Shown here: positions 56,729-64,000 of the stretch, piece by piece | Position numbering within the stretch: the stretch's first letter is position 1 | How the letters are laid out: each line of letters opens with the position of its first letter | Assembly (NCBI GenBank): GCA_046290465.1 | Contig: JBKAGP010000001.1 | Span: 6,208,001-6,272,000, forward strand | Length of the DNA: 64,000 nucleotides | From: Planctomycetota bacterium | Lineage (GTDB): Bacteria; Planctomycetota; UBA1135; UBA2386 | Direction: 5' to 3' | Made by a program: the position numbers and the translations under genes | The notes under the pieces: model-generated | The model's database searches: none | The model's input: the letters and a program-made list of their open reading frames with translations, nothing else | Told to the model about the DNA's origin: nothing

Positions 56729-57796
56729 GTGCCGCTCGTTACTGCGCAAGAACTGATCGACGCCGGAGTCCACTACGGCCACCAGGCCAGCCGCTGGAAC
56801 CCGAAGATGAAGCCCTTCATCCACGGGAAGCGCCACAAGATCCACGTCATCAATCTCGAGGAGACGATCCGCGGGCTGTACCAGGCGACGCACTTCGTGC
56901 GTTCGCTGGCTGCGACCGGCGCCCAGATCATGTTCCTCGGCACGAAGAAGCAGATCCGACCGGTGGTCGAGGCGGAGGCTGGCAAGTGCAGCATGCCGTC
57001 GGTGACCGAGCGCTGGATCGGCGGCACGCTGACCAACTTCTCGACGGTGCGCGAGCGCCTGACGAGGCTGGTCGAGTACGAGAACCTCGAGGCGACCGGC
57101 GCGATCGAGAAGTACAAGAAGAAGGACCAGTCGATGATCCGCCGCGAGATCAAGCGCATCCGGCGCAACCTCGACGGCGTTCGCGACCTGCACGGCCTGC
57201 CGGGTGCTCTGGTCGTGATCGACCCGCGCCGCGAGGAGAACGCGATGCGCGAGGCCAAGCGCATGAACGTGCCGGTGGTCTGCGTGCTCGACACCGACTG
57301 TGATCCGTCGCTCGCCGACATCGTCATCCCGGCGAACGACGACGCGATGAGCTCGGTCCAGCTGATCCTCGGCAAGCTCGCCGAAGCGATCATGGAAGGT
57401 CGTTCGCAGTGTGACGAGGCGACCCTGCGCGACGCGCAGAAGGCCGCGAAGGAAGACGTGCGCTGCAAGGCGGCGCCCGGTCGTCGCAACGAGCGCGACG
57501 GTCGCGGCGGCGGCATGCGTCGCGGCGGTGGCGGCGGCGGTCGCGGCGGTCGCGGTGGCCCGGGCGGCGGCGGTCGCTTCCAGGCCGGTGGCCACGCGAC
57601 GTCGGTCTCGGTCGGCGGCGACAAGGCCGAGAGCGGCCCGGCGGTCGCTCCGGAGATCAAGCCGGTCGAATCGGCCGACGCGCCGGCGAAGGCTGCCGAG
57701 GCGGCTCCTGCTCCTGCTCCCGCTCCGGCTCCTGCGCCTGAGGCCGCTCCGGCGCCGGCTCCGGAAGCGCCCGAGGCTCCCAAGAGCGACAGCTAG
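56729..57796 (+). CDS. rpsB: 30S ribosomal protein S2 with a long low-complexity C-terminal tail
   Basis: AGVHYGH..WNPKMKPFI, RWIGGTLTNF and DTDCDP..IPANDD motifs; AAGGAG RBS before GTG 56729. Confidence 0.97.
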   Translation: MPLVTAQELIDAGVHYGHQASRWNPKMKPFIHGKRHKIHVINLEETIRGLYQATHFVRSLAATGAQIMFLGTKKQIRPVVEAEAGKCSMPSVTERWIGGTLTNFSTVRERLTRLVEYENLEATGAIEKYKKKDQSMIRREIKRIRRNLDGVRDLHGLPGALVVIDPRREENAMREAKRMNVPVVCVLDTDCDPSLADIVIPANDDAMSSVQLILGKLAEAIMEGRSQCDEATLRDAQKAAKEDVRCKAAPGRRNERDGRGGGMRRGGGGGGRGGRGGPGGGGRFQAGGHATSVSVGGDKAESGPAVAPEIKPVESADAPAKAAEAAPAPAPAPAPAPEAAPAPAPEAPEAPKSDS

Positions 57797-58014
57797 TCGA
57801 CGCGCCGTCCGTTCGCACGGCGGCGCGATCGTCCGATGGCTGCGGCCGACGGCTGCGGCCAGCTCGCGGATCGGCAGTTCGGATCGAGCACCTCGGTCCG
57901 CGGGCTCCGTGCCCGACGTCGATGCCGACCCTTGCGGCGCGCCAACCGCCCCGCACCCCGAACCACTCCACTGAACGACTGTGCTCGCCTTCGCGAGCCT
58001 GCCCGAAACGAATC

Positions 58015-58617
58015 ATGACTAAGATCGACGCGAAGACCGTTAAGCAGCTGCGTGATCTCACCGGCGCTCCGATGATGGACTGCAAGTCGGCGCTGGCCGA
58101 GACCGGCGGCGACATCGACAAGGCCAAGGACGTGCTGCGCAAGCGCGGCCAGCAGGTCGCTGACAAGGCGTCGGACCGCGAGGTCTCGGAAGGCCTGGTC
58201 TACGGCTACGCGCACCACAACGGCAAGCTCGGCGTGCTCGTCGAGATCGTCTGCGAGACCGACTTCGTGGCGATGAACGAGGACTTCAAGGCCTTCTGCC
58301 ACGGCGTCGCGATGACGGTCGCCGCGTTCAACCCTCCGTACCTCGACAAGGCCGCGATCCCGGCCGAGGACATCGAGAAGGAGCAGAACATCGTCACCGA
58401 GATGACCAAGGAGTCGATGGCCGGCAAGCCCGACAACGTCATCGAGAAGGCCGTCACCGGCCGCATGGAGAAGTGGTTCGGCGAGCACACGCTGATGGCC
58501 AAGCCGTACGTCCCGGACGACAGCAAGACCGTCGAGCAGGTGCGCACCGAACTGGTTGCGAAGATCGGCGAGAACATCCAGGTCCGCCGCTACTTCCGGA
58601 TGGAGCTCGGCGGCTGA
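58015..58617 (+). CDS. tsf: Elongation factor Ts (short form, about 200 aa)
   Basis: VKQLRDLTGAPMMDCK, CETDFVA and KIGENIQVRR motifs. Confidence 0.97.
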   Translation: MTKIDAKTVKQLRDLTGAPMMDCKSALAETGGDIDKAKDVLRKRGQQVADKASDREVSEGLVYGYAHHNGKLGVLVEIVCETDFVAMNEDFKAFCHGVAMTVAAFNPPYLDKAAIPAEDIEKEQNIVTEMTKESMAGKPDNVIEKAVTGRMEKWFGEHTLMAKPYVPDDSKTVEQVRTELVAKIGENIQVRRYFRMELGG

Positions 58618-58729
58618 TCCAGCCGCGCGAGACCTCCCGCTGCGCCGGCGCGCGCCCGTTCGCGCGCCCACGAAGCGCTCTGTCGACGCAGACGCTTTGT
58701 TTCCGATCTGGCGTTGGTAGCCTGCATCC

Positions 58730-59485
58730 ATGAGCACCAGCGACCCAGCTTCGGCCACGGCCGGCTCCACCGCCGAGCCACCCCGACAGATCAAGCGCAT
58801 CCTGCTGAAGATCAGCGGTGAGAGCCTCGGGGAGAACGGCACCGGCGTGTCGCCGCAGGTGGTGGCGCAGGTCGCCGAGCAGATCGCCCGGGTCCACCTC
58901 CTCGGCGTCGAGGTCGCGGTCGTCTGCGGTGGGGGCAACCTGATGCGCGGCGCGGAGTTCGCCAAGATGGGCACCAACCGCACCACCGCCGACCACATGG
59001 GCATGCTCGGCACCGCGATCAACGCGCTGGCGCTGCAGGACGGCCTCGAGCGCGCCGGGGTCGAGACCAGAGCCTGCTGCGCGGTCGAGATGAAGACCGT
59101 CGCCGAACCCTACATCCGCCGCCGCGTGATCCGCCACCTCGAGAAGGGCCGCGCGGTCGTGCTCGCCGGCGGCACCGGCAACCCGTACTTCACGACCGAC
59201 ACCGCCGCCGCGCTGCGCGCCACCGAGCTGGGCGTCGATGCGATCTTCAAGGCAACCAAGGTCGACGGCGTCTACACCGCCGACCCGCAGAAGGACCCGA
59301 GCGCCGAGAAGTTCGACCGGCTGAGCTTCCGCGAGGCGCTCGACCGTGACCTCAAGGTCATGGACCGCACGGCGTTCACGCTGTGCATGGAGAACCACAT
59401 GCCGATCATGGTCTTCGACATGTTCACCGCGGGGAACATGGAGCGCGCCGTTCGCGGCGAGGCCATCGGCACCTGGGTCGTCTAG
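58730..59485 (+). CDS. pyrH: UMP kinase
   Basis: RILLKISGE, GGGN, GTGNPYFTTD and KVDGVY motifs. Confidence 0.97.
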   Translation: MSTSDPASATAGSTAEPPRQIKRILLKISGESLGENGTGVSPQVVAQVAEQIARVHLLGVEVAVVCGGGNLMRGAEFAKMGTNRTTADHMGMLGTAINALALQDGLERAGVETRACCAVEMKTVAEPYIRRRVIRHLEKGRAVVLAGGTGNPYFTTDTAAALRATELGVDAIFKATKVDGVYTADPQKDPSAEKFDRLSFREALDRDLKVMDRTAFTLCMENHMPIMVFDMFTAGNMERAVRGEAIGTWVV

Positions 59486-59513
59486 ACCCCAACGCAACCC
59501 CCGCCGAGATCTC

Positions 59514-60083
59514 ATGGAACCCTACGAAATCATCCTCGACGACCTGAAGGAGAAGACCGAGAAGACGCGGCAGCACCTGCGCGATCAGCTCAGCACGATC
59601 CGCACCGGTCGCGCCTCGCCGGCGCTCGTCGACACCATCCGCGTCGACTACTACGGCTCGCCGACGCCGCTCAACCAGGTCGCCCACATCTCGGTGCCCG
59701 AGGCCCGGCAGCTGCTGATCAAGCCGTTCGACGGCTCGCCCGAGGTCATCAAGGAGATCGAGAAGTCGATCCAGAAGTCCGACCTCGGCCTCAACCCGCA
59801 GGGCGACGGCAAGGCGATCCGGCTGGTGATGCCGCCGCTGTCGGGCGAGCAGCGCCAGAAGCTGGTCGCCAAGGTCAAGGACCTGGTCGAGCAGAACCGG
59901 ATCGCGCTGCGCAACGAGCGCCGCGACGCCAACAAGGCCGCCGAACAGATGAAGAAGGACGGCGACCTGACCGAGGACCAGCTCAAGAAGGCCCACGACC
60001 TGATCGACAAGGAGCTGAAGGCCTGCGAGGGCAAGCTCGACGAGGCGCTCAAGGCCAAGTCGAAGGAGATCCTCGAGGACTGA
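59514..60083 (+). CDS. frr: Ribosome recycling factor
   Basis: IRTGRA, VDYYGSPTPL, DLGLNP and RNERRDAN motifs. Confidence 0.97.
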   Translation: MEPYEIILDDLKEKTEKTRQHLRDQLSTIRTGRASPALVDTIRVDYYGSPTPLNQVAHISVPEARQLLIKPFDGSPEVIKEIEKSIQKSDLGLNPQGDGKAIRLVMPPLSGEQRQKLVAKVKDLVEQNRIALRNERRDANKAAEQMKKDGDLTEDQLKKAHDLIDKELKACEGKLDEALKAKSKEILED

Positions 60084-60182
60084 TCGCGCGGTGGGGGCCT
60101 GTGGCGCCTTGCGCTGGTGCGCCCGACCCGCTTTCATCCTTGCCCGCGTTCCGCCGCCCGGCGGAGGGCGGTCCCGTTCCAC

Positions 60183-60258
60183 GGGGGCGTAGCTCAGTTG
60201 GTAGAGCAGCGGCCTTTTAAGCCGGTGGTCGCAGGTTCGAGCCCTGCCGCCCCTACCA
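60183..60258 (+). tRNA. tRNA-Lys (anticodon UUU) with encoded CCA
   Basis: Cloverleaf: acceptor GGGGGCG/CGCCCCT, D-arm AGCTCAGTTGGTAGAGC, anticodon loop CTTTTAA, T-loop GTTCGAG. Confidence 0.97.
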
Positions 60259-60292
60259 TTTCCGGGCCGCGGTCCGCGGCCGACCCGCAGCC

Positions 60293-60652
60293 ATGATCGA
60301 TCCCGAGTTCCTCGCCATGCTCGTCTGTCCGGCCACCCGGCAGCCGCTGCGGGAGGCCTCGGCGGCCGAGGTCGCCGCTGCCAACGAGGCGATCGCGCGC
60401 GGCCTGCGCAATCGCGGAGGCAATCCGGTGTCCGAGGCGTTGTCCGAGGCACTCGCGACCGTCGACGGCGCCTGGCTGTATCCGGTCCAGCAGGGCATCC
60501 CGATCCTGCTGGCGCCGGAGGCCATCCCGAAGGATGGCGGCTCCGGAGATCCCAAAGGAGATCCCGCCGGTGATCCGGCTGTCGATTCCGCTGGCGATCC
60601 CGGCGGCGAAGCCGACGGCGGCGCGACCCCTCCGGATCCCGCAACCCGCTAG
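60293..60652 (+). CDS. Trm112-like (UPF0434) protein with a low-complexity GDP-repeat tail
   Basis: FLAMLVCP..LREA..YPVQQGIPILL. Confidence 0.8.
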   Translation: MIDPEFLAMLVCPATRQPLREASAAEVAAANEAIARGLRNRGGNPVSEALSEALATVDGAWLYPVQQGIPILLAPEAIPKDGGSGDPKGDPAGDPAVDSAGDPGGEADGGATPPDPATR

Positions 60653-60754
60653 CCACCACCTGCCGATACCAGTCCTTCGGCCGCTTCGCCGGACGGCAAA
60701 TTGCCGCCTGCCGGATGGGCGGCCCTCGCCGGAACCGCTATCCTGTTCCCCCCA

Positions 60755-63121
60755 ATGTCGACCAACCCCGAACAACCCCAGGCCAACGAGCCTGCTCCCG
60801 AAGAGTCCTTCGACGAACTGACCGGCGTCTACGGTTGGTTCCGTCGGCACCAGAAGCTGCTGCTGTACACGGCGGGTCTGTTCACGCTGCTGACGTTCTC
60901 GATCACCGGTTCGCTGCAGGCCCTCTGGGGCAACCTCTTCAACACGGACGTCGAGCGTGGCTCGATCGAGGTCAACGGCGAGCGCGCCGACCTGACCGCC
61001 GAGGACTACGAAGTCGGCAACCAGGTCGCGCGCAGCATGCGCAACCTGCCGGGCGGGGTGCTGCTGCCGATCACGGCAGGTGAGGGCGGCGACAGCGAAC
61101 TCGGCGAAGTGTTCGCGATCCTGCGTCGCGCCGCGATCGAAGAGGGCTTCGAGGCGTCGCTGACCGAGGTCGACCGGGCGATCGAGGTCACCCGCGAGCT
61201 CTACAAGCTCGAGTCGGCCGCCAAGCTGGCGCAGCGCGCCGGCTTCTCGTCGACGCAGGAATACCGGCTGGTCGTCGCCGAGGCGATGCGCATCGGCACC
61301 TACCAGCGCCTGCAGGTGCTGGCCGCCGACACGTCCGACGCCGAGGTGATGCGCAAGGTGCTGCGCAACCAGAAGAAGGCCGCCTACAAGGTCGCCGTCT
61401 GGGACGCCGAGAAGCGCCAGGAGAAGATGATCGAGGAGTCGAAGCTCACCGACGAAGAACTCAACGAGTGGCTCGACGAGAAGACCGAGGCCGAGAAGCG
61501 CCGCATGCAGGTGTTCGACCTGCCGCAGGTCAAGCTGCGCATCGGCGGCGTGCTGCTCGCCGAGGGCGAGTTCGACGCCGCGCAGTGGGCGGACACGGTG
61601 CTGAAGGACTACGAGGCCAAGGAGGCCCAGCTGCGGTCGATCTACAACGCCGACCTCGAGCGCTGGAAGAGCCCGGACTCCGACGAGACGCGCGCCTTCG
61701 AGGACGCCGACGTGCAGGCGGAGCTCGAGAAGATCGCCAAGGCCGAGTTCGTGCTCAACGACATCCTGACCAAGATGCGCGAAGCGCTGAACGAGAAGGT
61801 CAAGCCGTTCCTCGACAAGCAGACCGAGGCCCAGACGGACCTGACCAACGCCGAGCAGTCGCGCGGCACGACGCTGCAGGAGAAGATCACCAAGGAGAAC
61901 GTGCTGGCCGAGAAGGAGGCGCAGCTCGCCGAGAAGCCGGACGATGCCGACCTGAAGGCGGCCGTCGAGACCGCCAAGGCGGAGGCGACGCAGGCCGCCG
62001 ACACGGACTTTCAGGAGGAGCAGCGCGTGCAGCAGATGCAGGCGAGCTTCGACAGCGCCAAGGCCGACGTGACCCGCGCCAAGGTCGACTGGGGCTTCGA
62101 CGAGAAGTTCAACGAGCTGACCGAGGGCAAGACCGGCTTCCACCTGAAGCAGACCGAGAAGCTGCTGACGTCGGAGGAGCTGTCGGACCTCGACGAGCTC
62201 GGCCTCGACTTCGGTTCGTGGCCGCAGGCCACGGTCGCGACGACCGTGCGTGAGATCGGCAACCTCGGCTTCGGCATCAGCCGCACCAGCAAGGGCGCGA
62301 TCCTCTACCAGGTGACCGAGGCCGAGCTGACCCCGCTCAAGCCGTGGGAGGACCTGAAGCCGCTGATCGAGGAGGCCTACTACTCGAAGAAGGCGACCGA
62401 CGAGGTCATCGCCAAGGACAAGGAGATGAAGGAGACGCTCCGTCGCCTGGCGAAGGAGCAGATGCCCGACTTCGTCAAGGAGAAGGAGGACGGTCGCCAG
62501 GCTCGCATCGACGAGCAGGTCGCCGAGTGGCAGGCCGAGGTCCAGGCCGAGATCGCCAAGGCCGAGAAGACGCTGCAGACGCCGGGCCTCGGTGGCCGGG
62601 CCAAGCAGATCTGGGACAGCCGCCTCGCCGAGAAGAAGGCCGAACTCGAGAACCGCGCCAGCAAGGTCACGGCGATCGAGAAGGAGGTCGACGTCGCGAT
62701 CAAGGCCGAGATCGGCGCCGAGGCGCTGAAGCACTACGGCAAGGTGCTCGACGCCGCCGCCAGCGAGCTCGGCTACGAGGTCCTGGAGATCGGCCCGCTG
62801 CCGCAGAAGCTGTCGTCGCGGCCGCGCTTCGCGCAGGACTACGACAAGTCGACGCGCTACGTGTTCTCGTTCCACAACGACATGGAGGAAGGCGACGCGA
62901 TCGGCCCGGTCTACCAGGACCGTTCGTCGCACGTGATCGTGTGCACTTCGGTCGCGCCGCTGGAGCCGAGCGACATCACCCGTCGCGAGTTCGAGACGCT
63001 GCGCAAGAACTTCGCCGTGCGGCAGATGGGCGGCGTGATGGCCTCGTCGTTCACGCAGGAGGCGCTGGCCGAGCGCTACCACCTCGAGAAGCCGGTCGGC
63101 GAGGTCACCGACCCGCAGTAA
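60755..63121 (+). CDS. Membrane-anchored acidic coiled-coil protein (possibly PpiD/SurA-N-like)
   Basis: WFRRHQKLLL followed by a TM segment, an IEVNGE motif and long charged helices; strong host-like codon bias. Confidence 0.7.
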   Translation: MSTNPEQPQANEPAPEESFDELTGVYGWFRRHQKLLLYTAGLFTLLTFSITGSLQALWGNLFNTDVERGSIEVNGERADLTAEDYEVGNQVARSMRNLPGGVLLPITAGEGGDSELGEVFAILRRAAIEEGFEASLTEVDRAIEVTRELYKLESAAKLAQRAGFSSTQEYRLVVAEAMRIGTYQRLQVLAADTSDAEVMRKVLRNQKKAAYKVAVWDAEKRQEKMIEESKLTDEELNEWLDEKTEAEKRRMQVFDLPQVKLRIGGVLLAEGEFDAAQWADTVLKDYEAKEAQLRSIYNADLERWKSPDSDETRAFEDADVQAELEKIAKAEFVLNDILTKMREALNEKVKPFLDKQTEAQTDLTNAEQSRGTTLQEKITKENVLAEKEAQLAEKPDDADLKAAVETAKAEATQAADTDFQEEQRVQQMQASFDSAKADVTRAKVDWGFDEKFNELTEGKTGFHLKQTEKLLTSEELSDLDELGLDFGSWPQATVATTVREIGNLGFGISRTSKGAILYQVTEAELTPLKPWEDLKPLIEEAYYSKKATDEVIAKDKEMKETLRRLAKEQMPDFVKEKEDGRQARIDEQVAEWQAEVQAEIAKAEKTLQTPGLGGRAKQIWDSRLAEKKAELENRASKVTAIEKEVDVAIKAEIGAEALKHYGKVLDAAASELGYEVLEIGPLPQKLSSRPRFAQDYDKSTRYVFSFHNDMEEGDAIGPVYQDRSSHVIVCTSVAPLEPSDITRREFETLRKNFAVRQMGGVMASSFTQEALAERYHLEKPVGEVTDPQ

Positions 63122-63232
63122 AGGCCGGCCGGAAGGCCGGCCGGCGGCAGGCTCGCCGCCGGGAGCCGCGCCTGCCGACGGCAGGGCTCGCGGCCCGCAG
63201 CAGCGCCCGACCCGGCGGCGCCCGCGGGCGCG

Positions 63233-64000
63233 CTACGCGCGCGGCTCCGCGACGACGATGATCTCGTCGTGCGGGTTGATGTAGACGTTGCAGGGCTTCA
63301 GCAGCCCCAGCGGCTTGGCGAGCAGGCCCGGGATCGTGCCCAGGCGCCCGGCGCGTTCGGCCAGAAAGCCGAACGACACGTACTTGCCGGCGAACTTCGA
63401 GCCGCAAGCGAGCACGTCGAACCCGCAGTCGTCGAGCAGCCGCCGGATCGTCTGCGGATCGAAGTGGTAGAGGTGCTCGTCGTGCTTGTAGTGGTGCCAG
63501 GCCTTGCCCATCTTGCCGGCAAAGCGGGATGCGACGTTCTGGGTCTCGAGCAGCAGCTTGCCGCCCGGCTTGATCATGCGCTTGATGCTGGCGAGCAGAC
63601 CCTGGGGCTCGGGCACGTGCTCGATCACGTCCCAGATGGTCACCAGGTCGAACGTGTGGTCGTCCCAGCCGCGCGCCTCGATGCAGTCGTCGAGGAAGCC
63701 GTGGAACACGCGGTCGTCGCCGAGCGCCGCGATCGCCTCCCTGGCGATCGCCTCCGACAGTTCGACGCCGTGCACGTCGTGGCCGTGCTGCTGTGCGACG
63801 CGCAGGAAGTAGCCGGCGGCGCAGCCGACGTCGAGGATGCGGCCGTTCTCGGGCAGCCACTTCGACACCAGCTTCATGCGCTTCTTGTAGGTCTTCAGGT
63901 AGAGCTTCGACTCGGACGCGTAGTCGGCGTAGCCGCGGTCCTTCGGGTTGTCGCTCTTCCAGTAGCTCTCGTTGTAGACGTCGAGCAGCGCCTGGCCCGA
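63233..64000 (-). CDS. Class I SAM-dependent methyltransferase (5' end beyond the window)
   Basis: ILDVGCAAGYF, WDVIEHV and EHLYHF motifs; the frame stays open to 64000 (YNESYW..GYADY). Confidence 0.9.
   Translation of the reverse strand, partial: SGQALLDVYNESYWKSDNPKDRGYADYASESKLYLKTYKKRMKLVSKWLPENGRILDVGCAAGYFLRVAQQHGHDVHGVELSEAIAREAIAALGDDRVFHGFLDDCIEARGWDDHTFDLVTIWDVIEHVPEPQGLLASIKRMIKPGGKLLLETQNVASRFAGKMGKAWHHYKHDEHLYHFDPQTIRRLLDDCGFDVLACGSKFAGKYVSFGFLAERAGRLGTIPGLLAKPLGLLKPCNVYINPHDEIIVVAEPRA

Noticed and set aside
60183..60652. tRNA-Lys as an integration site
   Set aside because: I saw no integrase, no duplicated tRNA 3' end and no composition shift downstream.

Overview
A very GC-rich bacterial chromosomal segment. 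Gene content suggests a planctomycete, but this is inferred, not database-confirmed. Housekeeping genes include nth, hldE, coaE, tatC, cinA, rpsB-tsf-pyrH-frr and tRNA-Lys(UUU). Accessory content: many secreted or lipoprotein hypotheticals, a split glycosyltransferase/PIG-L cell-surface cluster, a Ser/Thr kinase-lipoprotein-PP2C module, a type III PKS cluster (PKS, O-methyltransferase, MMPL, FAD oxidoreductase, YceI-like), c-di-GMP enzymes, and a lower-GC islet with a decayed ISKra4/ISLre2-type transposase. The best leads are: (1) a Rho-like protein coupled to coaE that keeps the RNA-binding domain but has lost its Walker A motif and catalytic residues; (2) a candidate orphan structured RNA ending in an intrinsic terminator; (3) a 75-bp perfect palindrome; (4) repeated short tandem duplications at gene ends, one of which displaces a stop codon in the PKS cluster. 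I saw no CRISPR array, prophage or rRNA. Most long ORFs in the supplied track are GC-driven shadow frames, and many starts were re-called by eye. All family assignments are motif recognition by eye, without any search.
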